Source: Eledone cirrhosa (lineage: Eukaryota). Taken from it: a DNA stretch of 64,000 nucleotides. The stretch spans positions 317,254,001 through 317,318,000 of the forward strand of contig OZ024743.1 in assembly GCA_964016885.1 (NCBI GenBank), written 5' to 3'. The first letter of the stretch is position 1; each line of letters opens with the position of its first letter. Below are positions 26,157-39,313 of this stretch, piece after piece. The notes below the pieces were generated by a model, which was not told the origin of the DNA, made no database searches, and saw only the letters and a list, made by a program, of their open reading frames with translations. The translations under genes were made by a program, and so were the position numbers.

Positions 26157-26326
26157 CAGCTCTGGCCATTTCAGTAGCTAGATCTGATCTAACTGTTGAA
26201 ACGGATGGAACTCAGCCTGAATTTTTTCATATTAACCACTCTATTACCCCAAGTATCGAGTACTCTGGTTAGTAATGGTCTGACTGGTTTTTACCGCCTC
26301 CATTCTGATATATATATATATATATA

Positions 26327-26805
26327 CACCTCTCCAAGACAATGTCACTGGACCGAGACCTTTGGCGGTACTCAGTAACAGAGAAGACCCGCCTTACCTA
26401 AATATATAGTAAAACCTACTCCAGCCAGTAGGCATCTCTAACAAAATACACCCCGTCCCACCACCACCACCCCCACCCGATCCACACCACCCCGTTCTAT
26501 GTAAAGTTATGTTGGTGCCGCGCCATCGAGGCCGAAACAAATGAGATCGTGTAGGTGTCACGACAAAAAAAACACACAGTCCACGCTGTAATGTGGCCGT
26601 GTAGGCAACACGGTAAAAACCTCCCAGACCCACACTGTAAATGTGGTTGGTGTTAGGAAGGGCATCCAACTGTAGAAAACCTGCCAGACAGTCCTATGCG
26701 AGCAAGACAATCACTCTTGCCTCAAGTGGGACTACCCCCGTCCAAACCCATGCAAGCGTGGAACACGGACGTTAAACGTTGATGATGATGATGATGATGA
26801 TGATA
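26327..26805 (+). mobile_element. 5'-truncated RTE 3' end, young subfamily (near-identical copies 53988-54325 and 55768-56248)
   Basis: ORF end [22 protein letters not shown], 3' UTR and (GAT)n tail. Confidence 0.9.
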
Positions 26806-27227
26806 TATATGCATATGTATATATATTTTCTTTTTTATGTATACATATATATACATATATATATATCACCATTTCATTTCATTTCATTTTACGTCCACTT
26901 TTCCCTGCTTGCAAGAGTGGGACGGGAACTGATTCTGGCTTGATTTCTACAGCTGGATGCCCTTCCTAACACCAACCTCATTTACAGTGAGTACTGGGTG
27001 CTTTTTTGCCGTGGCACCTCCACGACGACTTTGCAGTGGAATCATAGGGACCCCAGTCCCTATCATCTCATTTCTACAGCTGAGTAAACTGGAGCAATGT
27101 GAAATAAAGTGCCTTGCTCAAGGAAACAACACATCACCCGGTCTGAGAATTGAACTCACAACCTTTCGATTGCAAGGCCAATGCTCTAACCATTAAGCCA
27201 TGTCTCTCTCTCTCTCTCTCTCTCTCC

Positions 27228-27258
<31 letters not shown>

Positions 27259-27564
27259 AAAGGGGTCCGGGTAAATTTTCAATACCCGAATTACTTGATC
27301 GTTTTTTTGGCTATGCGAATTATTGTTTAACCATCGTCTCAGTGTGTTTGGCGTTTAACGTTATAGGCAATCCAGTTATTGTTATAGGCAATCCAGTTAG
27401 CGGTTGTGAGTACTCTGCATCGTGGATAGTTTTAACATATGGCTTTGTTTGACGCAACAAGATACTTCCATAGTTATGCAGCGAGTTCGCGGTAATTTCT
27501 ATGCAGGTTATACTTGGAGTAATAATAGTTAAAGAATGAAGAGTAACATGGTTGGCTGTACAAT

Positions 27565-28704
27565 AAGGCAACTCTACTTGGCACTACATAGGTTCCACGG
27601 CTGGGGAGTTCAAGAAAAGGTGGTACGTCCACAAACACTCCATGAAGAACCGTAGACTGGAGAACTCTACGACGCTCGCCAATAAAATCTGGCAGCTTAA
27701 GGACAAAAACCTAGAATATAAGATTAGCTGCTCAAAATTATCGGTAGCAAGAGCCTACAGCAACGGAATGTCTCACTGCGGACTTTGTAATTTAGAACTA
27801 CTACATATTTTAAGGTACGGTGGGACACTGCTTAACAGCAAAATAGAAAGATCAATTTTCTGTAAGCATAAAATAGCTACTAGATTTACAAACTTCAAAC
27901 CACCATGATTTGAACCAGCAACCCCAAAATTAGAACTGAACCACCTAGATTTTAACATATGGAATACACACCATCACACCACTATTAGCTGTCAAACGGC
28001 CAAATGGTCACTGGATCATAAATCTCTGAACATCTCTTTCACCCTCTCTCCCTGAAACAGCATCAACCCCATTAAGATAGAACAATCAGCAAAATATTTA
28101 CGACAAGCGTTTGTCAAACGTCCCGTCATCCCTAGCCCATAAATATCATACATGTATCCACCAATTAATCTCTAATTTATTGTTTTTTCTTTTATCTGTG
28201 ACTACATCGGGCCCTCTACATGTATCTATGTACATCTCAAATCTGATTGTTCATGTTAGCACTAAACCCACCAAGGAATCCTTATAAGAACACTTACTCA
28301 CCACTACTACTAACATACTATGTACTTACATGCTATCACTTATCCTTATTTATTTCTTTATATTTTCTATTTTCTCATTTTCTTACTTTTTTAATGTATC
28401 CTATCTTATATTTTACTTTTTACTTTGTACATCTGTAACTTCTCTACCTATTTACCATATATGTTTTATTATTGATGTTATTGTTTTGATTATACGCTAT
28501 TTTTCTGTATATGTCTTGCCTCGAGTGAATTATTTTTATATCTACGTACTCTGATGTGTTAATCAGAGGTAAATAATGTATTGGAGATCAAGTGACGCAA
28601 CTTCAAGTGATTAGCGAACTCTAGACTCACCTGATCAACGAAACAATTGTCAGTACTTTAAATAAACCCTTATTGTACAGCCAACCATGTCACTCTTCAT
28701 TCTT

Positions 28705-28705
<1 letters not shown>
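27565..28705 (+). mobile_element. 5'-truncated Naiad-type PLE (GIY-YIG end, long 3' UTR)
   Basis: YIGSTAGEFKKRW, CGLCNLE, LLNSK..CKHK; hammerhead then AATAAA (28661-28666) then (TA)n. Confidence 0.85.
28546..28656 (+). ncRNA. Type I hammerhead with about 80-nt stem II domain (core CTGATGT)
   Basis: GTACT-CTGATGT-GTTAATCAG...CTGATCAAC-GAAA-CAATTG-TC-AGTAC. Confidence 0.75.
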
Positions 28706-28764
<59 letters not shown>

Positions 28765-29335
28765 TATATATAGGAGAATAATTGAAAGTGGGTATATTCA
28801 CTCATGTTTTGACAAGGTGCATTAAAGCTCGATATGTTATTCAGGTCGTATATATATATATATGTAAAAGGTAAATAGAAATAACGAAACAAATGGCACA
28901 GTATATGGAAGGAATATATTAGTTTAACCCTTGAAATAGCAGGAAGAAGGTCTTAACCTTTTGCACGCTAGTCTTTCATCAAAAGAAAGAATGAGAAATT
29001 CAGAAGAAATAGAAAGATTGAGGGGACAGGCAGGGTGGAATAGAAAAACATTTTTAGAGAAAAATAACAAGTCCATTCATGCTGCCATCCCTTGGAATAT
29101 ATATATATATAATGGTTGTATAATCAAATGGTTCTCCATTGTCTCAGTTAGAGGCTCTTTAAGTATCTAGAGTTCTCTGACAGTTACTAGTAGCTGAGGG
29201 CTTTTATGTGATGTGAGAATGGGTACTCTATACCAAACTAGAGTTTTATAATATATTAACATCTAATGATACGTCCATATATGTATAAATATTCTTCTTT
29301 CTTTTTTTACCCTCATGATTTTGCAAATTCACTGC

Positions 29336-29374
<39 letters not shown>

Positions 29375-29425
29375 GTGACAACATAAAAATATTCACCCAG
29401 AACATATTGCAGTATAAATAATTAC

Positions 29426-29621
29426 CTAAAAACTGTCTGACAAGGTCATATATATAACATAATTGATACCATTGAAATACATATAACAGCAATGATGTAA
29501 TTAATGATATGACATTCCAAAATACATCCTTATTTTTCATTTTTATACAAAAACTCTGTTGTACATAAACATATCTGATTATATCACAGTCTGGAAACTC
29601 TACTACGTTGAGTGCTAAAAC
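29426..29621 (-). other. Candidate host exon (196 nt)
   Basis: Non-repetitive; TGCAG| acceptor and TAG|GTAATT donor; one open frame containing MKNKDVFWNVISLITSLLLYVFQWY; no recognised homology. Confidence 0.25.
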
Positions 29622-29699
29622 CTGCATACACAAGTATTTGTTGATCAACAAATACAATTGTGAAACAATTACCAATTAACAGAGCATGAACAGACCAAA

Positions 29700-30248
29700 T
29701 ATATAGTTGGAAGTCATAGATTGGGCAGGGCTAGGAAGACTTGGGATGAGGTGATAAAAGCTGACCTTGCACAATTACACCTTTTAAAGGCAATTACACA
29801 GGACCATGATCTCTGGCGCTATGCAGTAATACAGAAGACTTGCCCTCTTATAAGCAGGAGCTGAGACATGCATCTAGTATGCACCACCTTCCCTCCCATC
29901 ACCCCTCCCATACACCTCCCTCATTGTAATCACTCTACCCCTATATCTATCTCCCCAATTCCCCATGCATCTCCCCCTCCCAAGTCCCCAATCCACACCA
30001 TAAAGTGGTCATCCTGGAGCCACAACAAAAAGTGCCAATTCAAACTGTAAAGTGGTCATGTGGGTGTCATGACAAAAAGCACACAGTACTCACTGTAAAT
30101 GTGGTTGGCGTTAGGAATAGCATCCAGCTGTAGAAACCAAGCCAAAATCAGTTCTGTATAAGCAAGATATGGTCACTTGACCTGGCTTATCTCACAACAG
30201 GACAACTTGTCTAACCCATGCTAGTGTGGAAAAATGGACATTAAACAG

Positions 30249-30281
<33 letters not shown>
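29700..30281 (+). mobile_element. RTE 3' fragment
   Basis: KTWDEVIKADL ORF end, 3' UTR, (GAT)n tail. Confidence 0.9.
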
Positions 30282-30283
<2 letters not shown>

Positions 30284-31249
30284 ATATTCAAATTATGGAC
30301 TTGTGTTGCTCTACACCTTGGATTTCTCTTTACCTATTACTACTACTACTGCTATATATATATATATATCATTATCATCATCACCATTTAACATCCATTT
30401 TTCCACGCAAGCATGGATTAGACGAATTGTCCCATTGTGATACAAGCTAGATCATATGACCGTGTCTTACTCATACAGAACTGGCTTGGTTTCTATGGCT
30501 GGATGCCCTTCCTAATTCCAACCTCATTTACAGCGTGGACTGGGTGCTTTTTATATATAAAAGAAATTTTAAAATACAGAAGAAAATTGTGGTTGTAAAT
30601 GTAAGTGGTCATTAAGTAAATGGTGACTGTACTAACTTTAGTTCTATAGTTTGTTTTTTAGTCATCATGCTGGAGCACCACCTTCAGAACTGAATGTTTC
30701 ATGTCTCTTCTGATACCTCTGTGTAGTATAGGGCTAGAGTGTTGCACACCTTCCAGTGGGTACTGTCTGAAGCAGTTGTCTCCAATTAATCCAGCTGGAT
30801 CCCTAAGCGAGATCAGCTGTTCTCATGGATGTTATCCAACCATCTTGCTTGGGGTCTACCCCTGGGTCTCCTGCCAGTTGGTTTTGCCCATAAAATCTGT
30901 TCAGCAATTTTTTCCTTAGACATTCTAACCATAGTATCAGAATTTGTATTAGAATTTGTTACTGATTACTAAGAATTAGGTTAAATTTATGTCTCTTAAT
31001 TATATTAAACTATTTTATTTATTTATTATAATTAATATCATTATATTAATTATAATTACTGCCCCAACTAATAAATAAATAAATAAATAAATAAAATAGT
31101 TTTATGATATTCTAAAGTTAAAGATTCTAAGTTAAATCTTCCACATATAAGAATGTGTTGTTACATTCCATTCATAAACATTTCATATTCAATATATTAG
31201 TAAGACAACATAGGAGTAAAGAAGAACCTTTGTTTTACTTGCAGACTTG

Positions 31250-31610
31250 ACAACTACTCTCGTGTTGGTGCCATGATAAAATGAACTCACTACTCTCTAT
31301 AAAGTGGTAGTGCTGGTCCCACAATAAAATGCACTCAGTATATTCTGTAAAGTGGTATTGCTGATGCCATGATAAAATACACCCAGTACACTCTGTAAAG
31401 TCATTGTTGGTGCCACAATAAAGTATGCCAAGTATACTTTGTAAAGTAGTATTGCTGGTGCCATGATAAAATGCACCCAGTACACTCTTTAAAGTGGTTA
31501 GCATTAGGCAGGGCATCCAACTGTAGAAACCTTGCCATATATAGTATATATGACCCACCCAAGCCATGCCAGCATGGAAAGCAGGCGTTAAATGATGATG
31601 ATGATGATAA
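31250..31610 (+). mobile_element. RTE 3' UTR-derived element with about 45-bp tandem units
   Basis: Repeated CCATGATAAAATGCACCCAGTACACTCTGTAAAGTGG; RTE terminus and (GAT)n. Confidence 0.8.
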
Positions 31611-31809
31611 CTCACTGAAAATGTTCACCTTAAGTTAGAGGATATTTTATGAGACAAAGAAATACTGAATCCCAAACACCACCAGTCATTCAACTTTATA
31701 CAATAAATTTCATAACAGTTGTTTGCTCAACCTAGTTTTATTCAATAGCAGAAAAATGAAGATACAACACAAAGTTTGGTGGGAACTATTCTATTAGGTT
31801 ATTATTGTT

Positions 31810-32250
31810 GTTGTGATTATAGCTCACACCTATGTAGGTTTAGCTGGCCTCCTACAAGTTTGTATCTCATAAGAGGTTTCTTGGATATTTTAATGATAGG
31901 GACCCCAGGGTTGTTGTTACAGCTCACACCTATGTAGGTTTAGCTGCCCTCATATAAGGCTGCATCTCATAAGAGGCCTCAGTGTTGTTGTTAGAGCTCA
32001 CACTTATGAATGTTTAGCTGGTGTCCTATGAGATTGCAACCCATAGGATGATTCTCAGGTATTTTAATGATGGCATCCCTGTGTTGTCATTGATAGAACT
32101 TACACCTATGTAGGTTTAGTTTACCTCATATGAGGTTGCAACCCATAAGAGGTTTCTCAAGTATTTTAATGACAAGGGCCCCAAGTTTAGTTGGTTTCCT
32201 ATGAAGGTGTGTTCCACAAGAGGTTTCTTATGTATTTTAATAATAGAGGC
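31810..32250. repeat. Diverged tandem repeat (75-105-bp units)
   Basis: AGCTCACACCTATGTAGGTTTAGCTG..CATAAGAGG repeated 4-5 times. Confidence 0.85.
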
Positions 32251-32624
32251 CACAGTTCTCTCAGGAATGGTCTATTTTCTGGACCAGACGCCATTACATT
32301 GTAACTGCCACTGATACTAAGTTTTTTCAGCTGAGTGGACTTGAGAAACATAAAATGGAGTGTCTTGCTCAAGGATAAAATGTGCTACCTGGTCCAGAAA
32401 TTGACCATTTGAGTTGTAGGTATGTGATGCTTAAATCAAGCTCATGTGGGTGCTTGGTTATTCCAGCATCTCAGCCTCCCTATCACCTACAGCAGTGGCT
32501 TGCTTCAGAATTTTTTAATAATATTAAGATAACGAGCTTGGGATCTAATTGATCAAATCAATTGACCAATATTTAGCCATTTTTTTACCATAATTCTAAT
32601 GGAGTACACACTATTTCAAATAAT

Positions 32625-34560
32625 TAATTGTTTCTACTTTTGGCACAAGGCCAGCCATTATTCCAGTGCATTACTGGTGCTTTATTTTATTGACCTTGTA
32701 AGGATGAAAGGCAAAGTTAATCTCGGTGGGATTTGAACTTAGAGTGTAAAGGGACGTAACTCTATGCTTCAAAGTCAATTAAATCGATCCCAGTGCATTA
32801 CTGGTACATTATGTTATCGACCCCGTAAGGATGAATGCAAAGCTAACCTCAGCGAGATTTGAACTCAGGATGTAAAGGGATGTAACTATGCCACACAGCA
32901 TGTTGTCCGACGTTCTACAAGGCAAAGGGCCAGGTATTTTGGGAAGAGGAATGTTGATTATATCGACCCCAGTACTTTAATGATACTTTATCTTATCAAC
33001 CTCGGAAGATGAAAGGCAAAGTTAACTTCAGTGAATAATAATTTCTGATTTAGGCACAGGACCAGCAATTTCGGGGAGGGCAATATCGATTAAATTGACT
33101 CCAATACATTACTGGTAGTGTATTTGTAGCGCACTGTTGGCCTTGTGCCTAAATCAGAAACTATAATAATAATAATTGTTTCTACCTTTAGGCACAAGGC
33201 CAGCAATTATCCAGTGCATTACTGGTACTTTATTTTATCGACCCCGTAAGGATGAAAGGCAAAGTCAACCTCGGCGGGATTTGAACTCAGATCGTAAAGG
33301 GACGTAACTATGCTGGAAAGCATGGCATCCGACCCTCTACCGATACTGCCAATACATATAATAATGTTTCTACTTTTGGCTCAAGGCCAGCAATTACCCC
33401 AGTGTATTACTGGTACTTTATTTTATCGACCCTCGTAAGGATGAAAGGCAAAGTTAACCTCGAGCATGGAATGCAGTCACTTGAATTAACCCCAGTACTT
33501 AACTGGTACTTTATCTTTTCGACTTCAGAAAAATGTGAAAGGCAAAGTTAACCTCAGTGAATAATAATAGTTTCTGATTTAGGCACAAGGCCAGCAATTT
33601 CTGGGGAAGGGGAAAGTTAATTAAATTGACCCCAGTAGTTTATTTGTAACTCTCTGGGATTGATTTAATTGACTTTCTCCTCCCCAGAAATTGTTGGCCT
33701 TACGCCTAAATCAGAAACCATACTAATAATTGTTTCTACTATTGGCACAAGGCCAGCAATTACCCAGTATATTACTGGTACTTTATTTTATCGACCCCCC
33801 CCCCCCCCCCCGTAAGGATGAAAGGCAAAGTTAACCTCGGCGGGATTTGAACTCAGAATGGCAAGGGCCGTAACTCAATGCGTCAAAGCATGGCGTCCGA
33901 CCCTCTACCGATAATGCCAATCCACCGCCCATACTAATAATAATAAGGTAACAATGAGCTTGGAATGCAGTCACTTGAATCAACCCCAGTATTTAACTGG
34001 TACTTAACATATTGATACAGGGACGATCCAGGAAAACAATTAGATTAGAAGTGAGCACCAGATAATGAAATAAATAATGGTTTCTAATTTAGGCACATTT
34101 CTAATGTAGGGTGGGAGAAAATCAGCTATATCGACCCTGGAAAGATGAAAGGTAAAGCTAACCTCGGCGGGATTCGAACTCAAAACATAAAGGGCTGGAT
34201 TGAGTTTTGTCCGATGCTCTACTAATTCTGCCAATCAATCAATAATAATAGTTTCTGATTTAGGTACAAGGCCAGCAATTAAAAAAAAAAATTATTTGTG
34301 GGGGGGGGGGTAAAGCAACCCGAGTGCGTTACTGGTACTCTATCTTATCGACCGTGTAAATATGAAAAGCAAAGTTAACCTCGACAGGATTTGAACTCAG
34401 AACGTAAAGGGCAGGAATGGCATTTTGTTCGACGTTCTACCAGTTCTGCCAACCAATAAATAATAATAAGCCAGTCAGCTACGAGCTTGGGATGATGTCG
34501 ATTGAATCGGCCCAGTAGTTGACTGGTACTTGATATATCGATCAACAGGAAAAATGAAAT
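32625..34560 (-). mobile_element. Dense head-to-tail array of about 10 SINE copies or fragments
   Basis: Same family as 22020-22625 and 44220-44400, nearly all co-oriented. Confidence 0.9.
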
Positions 34561-34624
34561 AAGACAAGCTGGGATAATGAAATAAATAAATAATATTTAA
34601 GGCAATAAGAACGAGCTTAGGAGG

Positions 34625-34802
34625 TGTGTCTTACGTCACAGCCTCTTTGTGAGGGTAAATATGGCAGCTACCATGTTCAACATCTTAGCATGGTAACCAA
34701 CTTATTAACTACACTGGGCAGCTGCACGGATATATATTTATATGTGCTGCCTCTCGCTCTTTGGATACCTTACTGCATATTTCCTTAACAACCAGTGTAA
34801 GT
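34625..34802. promoter_or_regulatory. Candidate promoter / first-exon region
   Basis: TTACGTCA (CRE-like), AAATATGGCAG (YY1-like), CATGGTAAC (RFX half-site); plus donor |GTAAGT at 34797; minus donor GAC|GTAAGA at 34634. Confidence 0.3.
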
Positions 34803-34942
34803 AAAAATCATGTCGTATTTGTCTCTTTCTCTTCGCTTATCTGGTTAGTTATAGTGAAAAGGTGATTTATTGATTGTCTGTATCTCTCTATATAAAATAG
34901 ACGTATTGCTACTTACATGTCTTGCCACTAAACTGGCTTCTT

Positions 34943-34987
<45 letters not shown>

Positions 34988-35198
34988 AAAATGGAACGGG
35001 AACAAAACAGAGAGGCAGTACGAACATACATACACATACATCTGCACAGCCCATTACACACCCACACACATATATATATATATACATATCGAAGTGGATG
35101 TTTTAAAAATTAGTGTAGATGAAACGTTCAAACATTAAGTGTATGAACACTCAATGCATGCAAGCAGAGTGTAAGATTTATTTTCTGAAGAAAAGAGT

Positions 35199-35250
35199 GG
35201 CAGTGACTTCGAAGTTTCAGCTAGAGCTTCTTCCTATCATCAGATGTACC
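35199..35250 (-). ncRNA. Hammerhead-like motif with intact core and weak stems I and II
   Basis: CTGATGA-18 nt-GAAA-CTTCGAAG-TC; AATAAA downstream, tail ends in (TA)n. Confidence 0.55.
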
Positions 35251-35303
35251 TATCTATCTATCTACACATACGCACGCACACATACATACATACATACATA
35301 CAT

Positions 35304-35341
<38 letters not shown>

Positions 35342-35527
35342 ATGTATGTGTATGATGCTGGTCAGTGCGCTAAATGTAGTGTTTTACTTGTGTAGGATCG
35401 GCAATGCTTCTATCGTATTTTAGTCTTGTCCCTCGTCTTCTATTCACTGATCGAGTAATAGTGCAAGTCAACTGTGCTTTTTATTAATATTTTTGTAGGG
35501 TTGTTGAAATACAAAACCAGTACCATA

Positions 35528-35913
35528 CCAATATAAGGTAATATCCTTCATTTTAAGACTACAGATAACTTCCGGTAATTTCCGTGAGACATAAAAAAAA
35601 AAAAAGGACTAACATAATCGTAATCTACACCTTCGAAAATTATCTGTGTAAAATATACATTATTAAGAAAGTTATGAGGAAACAAAGTCAGTTACAGTTT
35701 ACTGTAGGTATATCGTCTTTATACACACACACGTACATACGAGTATATATATCATGTCTGTATATAATTACAATTTAGTGCCCCCACCTGACTTCATTTC
35801 CGCATAACTTTCTTAATTCATATTTTACAGAGATACATTTTTTTTGTCATTTTTCACTCACGGAAATTACTGGAAGTTGTCTGTGGTCTTAAAACGAAGA
35901 ATTACCAATTGGT
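35528..35913. mobile_element. Foldback/MITE-like element with 125-165-bp imperfect inverted arms
   Basis: TTTTAAGACTACAGATAACTTCCGGTAATTTCCGTGAG pairs with CTCACGGAAATTACTGGAAGTTGTCTGTGGTCTTAAAA. Confidence 0.75.
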
Positions 35914-36538
35914 CCCGTGCCTTGTTAAATTATCATCAAGACAATAGATCGCAGAATCAGTAAAATATCGGACAGGAAAATGCTTCCATGTTTTAATTAC
36001 ACTCTTTTCCGTTTTGAGTTCAAATCCTGTCGTGGTTGATATTGCTTGTCGTTGTTTCGTTATCAATAAAATCAAGTATCGATCGAATGTTAACGTCGAT
36101 ATAATTAATTATACTCTTATTTGAGGCCTTTTGCCAATGTTATAAATCAATATTCAATTTCCACCCTCACACACACACCGACGTTAGCTTAGCCTTTCAT
36201 ACTTACGGGGTCTATAAAATAAAGTACCTGTTACGCACTGGGGTCGATTTAATTGACTTCCTCCTTCACCAAAATTGTTGGTCTTATGCCTAAATCAGAA
36301 ACCATTATTATTATTATTGTTGTTGTTGTTGTTGTTAAGGACGGTGGGCTGGCAGAATCGTTAGAGCCCCAGACAAAATGATTTGTGGTATTTGTTCTGT
36401 TTAATTTACATTCTGAGTTCAAATCTTACCGAAGTCAACTTTGACTTTCAGTCCTCCGAAGTTAATAGAATAAAATATCCAGTCAAGTGCTGGGCTCGAT
36501 TTCTTCAACTTTTCCCTCTCCCCAAATTCTAGTCCTTA

Positions 36539-37261
36539 TCTATATATCTAAAACAGAGAATGTCTGTCTGTCTGCCTGTCTCCCTAAAACTCGAGAACCA
36601 CCCAACCGATTCTTTTCAAACTTTACACATGTAATACTTATGGTCGTGTGAGTGTTTTGAGCAAAAAATATTTCAAATTTTCAATGCCCTAGGGACTGCA
36701 TTAGGCGAAAAACCGCATATTTTAGGCTTTAAAGGCTTTTTTAGGCACTACGGAACAATAATCCAGGCGATTTCTTCAAAATTTGCATTACTTATGTCGT
36801 TTAAAGTGTTTTGAGCAAAAAAGATTTTCTCATTTTTTGCCCCAGGGACCGCATTAGGCGAAAAACCGGTTTTTTGAAGCATTTTGGTTGCGTTAGGGCC
36901 TGTCACCTTAAAAGTATCCAACTAAATTCCTTTATGCTCTCCACCACTGCAGTCCCACATGCTTACTGCTCTGTAACTATTGCTTTCATTGTACCATAGC
37001 ACAACAAATATATGTTTGGTTTGTCGAATGCCTTTTTACTTAAGCCTATCGTCTTAGCTTTCGTGGGTTGAATATTTTACTCTCAGGTACCCAATTAAGT
37101 TAAACCCCTGGTAATCTACGACGAATTTTTTTATAAGCACAAAATGTAGACACCATCCCCAGACCGAGGTATTCCATACTTCTCTGTACTGTTTCAGAAA
37201 AGAGGGATAAATATGCCAATCTATGTTTTGAATCCTGAGCAACGCCGGGCCATTCTGCTAG
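36539..37261 (+). mobile_element. Non-autonomous Helitron inserted in a SINE tail
   Basis: A|TC...GCAACGCCGGG..CTAG|T with no TSD; homologous to modules at 14570-15790. Confidence 0.85.
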
Positions 37262-37588
37262 TGTCTTCTAACTTAGAAAACCATAATTACTATTACTGCC
37301 AGGATGTTGGAATTGGCAGAAACAGCTCATCGGACAACATATTTTATAGCATTTTCTCTTCCAGTTCTCTACATTCTGAGTTTAAATTCGACTGAGGTCA
37401 ACTTTTCCTTTCATCCTTTCTGAGGTTGATAAAATAAAGTACCAGTTATATATTGTGGTTGATGTAATGGATTTATCTCCCCTCTTTCCCAAATCGCTAG
37501 CCTTGTGCTTAAATTAGGAGCCATATGAGGTGAACAACACTACTGTATACAGTGCTGGACTCACCTATGTGCTAAATAAGCTATAGTT

Positions 37589-37935
37589 CAGGGTCACACA
37601 CCCTCAAGGGCCCTATTTAAAAAAATATATTTTTAATTTTCAAAATGGAATAAATCAATTAATTATTAATTAGCTAAAAGAAACATTTTGTAACTGATTT
37701 AATTTTGTAATCATTAATAATTAACAGGAATCAATCAACAAGATCGCAGACCTCATTTGCTTACCAAGCGGGGTGGAAGTCATCAAACCGGACCAAGGAA
37801 ACAATATTTTCATTGGTCCTTCCATTGCTGTTACTATCTACCAGTCACAACTCCTGGCATGATTAAAAAATTTTTTAGAGAAAGACCTCAAATTTCATAT
37901 AGCTTAGGGCCTCAGCAGGTGAAAGTCCGACCCTG
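37589..37935. mobile_element. hAT/Tip100-like MITE
   Basis: CAGGGTC...GACCCTG termini; flanks CTATAGTT / ACTATATT resemble a decayed TSD. Confidence 0.6.
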
Positions 37936-38191
37936 ACTATATATTTTTGTCCATCTTAGTACTGAGTTTAAATTTAGTCCAGCTTAATGTTGTCTTCTTC
38001 CACCCTCAACCACATAGATAAATTAAGTAACATTAACATACGGGATGAATAAATTTAATTGAATTATGTATACCTGTCCCATGAGAATATGGCCTTTGTG
38101 TCTAGCCAAATGAAATGACTCATTCGTCCTCTAGAAAAGTATAGTTACTAATTTATTATACCCCTATTCTGAGGAGTTCTAATTCCACTAT

Positions 38192-38269
38192 TAGTTTATC
38201 GATGTCAGAGAAGATAGTAGAATAAGACAACTGTCTTATTCTACTATCTTCTCTGACATCGATAAACTA
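38192..38269. repeat. Perfect inverted repeat, 38-bp arms with a 2-nt loop
   Basis: TAGTTTATCGATGTCAGAGAAGATAGTAGAATAAGACA-AC-exact reverse complement. Confidence 0.97.
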
Positions 38270-38389
38270 GGTACTAGTGACATATTCATGATCATGTTCC
38301 TGCAACTGGTGCAGCCAGTCATCGGAGTGCCACTCTAGACGTGCAATTGGTGTAGCCAATCATTGGGGTATCACACTAGACGCTTTTGC

Positions 38390-38790
38390 TGTCAGTTGTC
38401 ACCACAGGTTTCTATTCTCTGTCATGTGTAGAAGGGTCTTCGTGTTATGACCAGTCCAGGCTTTGATGTTGTCAGACCAGGATTTTCTTTGTCTGCCTCT
38501 TCTTCACCCGCTCTTGACTGTGCTCTGAAGGATGGTTTTAGTCAAGGAGTTGTGGTAGGATACATGACCATACCTGGCAAGCTTCTATCTTTTCACCATT
38601 GCAATTCTTGTCTGCCACTGTATTTGTTAACTTGCTGCCTGACAAAGCTGTTTGTGTTGTGCTCCATCTATGGGATGTGTAGCAACCTTCTGAAGCACTT
38701 GTGCTTGAATGTCTGGATTCTTCGTTCCATGTCAGCTGTGAGAGTCCATCTCTCACACCCATACAAAAGGATCAAAGTCATCCAATTTAG
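38390..38790 (-). mobile_element. Old RTE (BovB-like) 3' fragment
   Basis: Minus-strand translation KTILQSTV..RRGRQRKSWSDNIKAWTG. Confidence 0.75.
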
Positions 38791-38884
38791 GAGTGGTCAA
38801 TCTTTTTTATGTTGGAAGGCCACGTTGAAATTAACTGACATCCAATGAAGACAGATTCTAAAAAAAATATTGTCTTACTAAACA

Positions 38885-39032
38885 CTGGGCTGTATTAATC
38901 CATAACTGGACCCCTGGGATTTCAATTATGTGCCCCTTCTGGCATTTCAATATTTCCTCCATTACAGAAAAAAAAAAATAAATAAAATGAATGAGCTCCG
39001 AGTTGAGTTATCCTTATGATTAATACAGCCTT
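38885..39032. mobile_element. Small MITE
   Basis: GGCTGTATTAATC / GATTAATACAGCC inverted ends. Confidence 0.6.
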
Positions 39033-39200
39033 GGTTAAAACTCAGATATTTTACAAAAGTAATTACAAATATAAATAATAGAATAATCATTTTAAAAATT
39101 ATTATTACGAATCGTAATTAATTGAAAATGTTAAACAAAATGAAATCAGCAGAAATATACTCCAATATGAAAGTTTGCCTTCAAACGTTGTTTCTTTCAG

Positions 39201-39313
39201 AAGGTCTTATATTCTCCATCTCCTGTCAATTAGATCAAACATTACAGCCAGTCTATGAAATTGGCTTTTGTACCAAGTCTAATTTGAGCATAAGAGCTGG
39301 AATTCAACTGAAG
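39201..39313 (+). other. Candidate host exon (113 nt)
   Basis: Strong acceptor TTGTTTCTTTCAG| and donor AAG|GTGAGC in non-repetitive DNA; one open frame; no recognised homology. Confidence 0.4.

Noticed and set aside
31810-32250. CRISPR-like repeat-spacer pattern (also 31250-31500 and 12860-13050)
   Set aside because: Intervening sequences are homologous to each other; eukaryotic context; no cas genes
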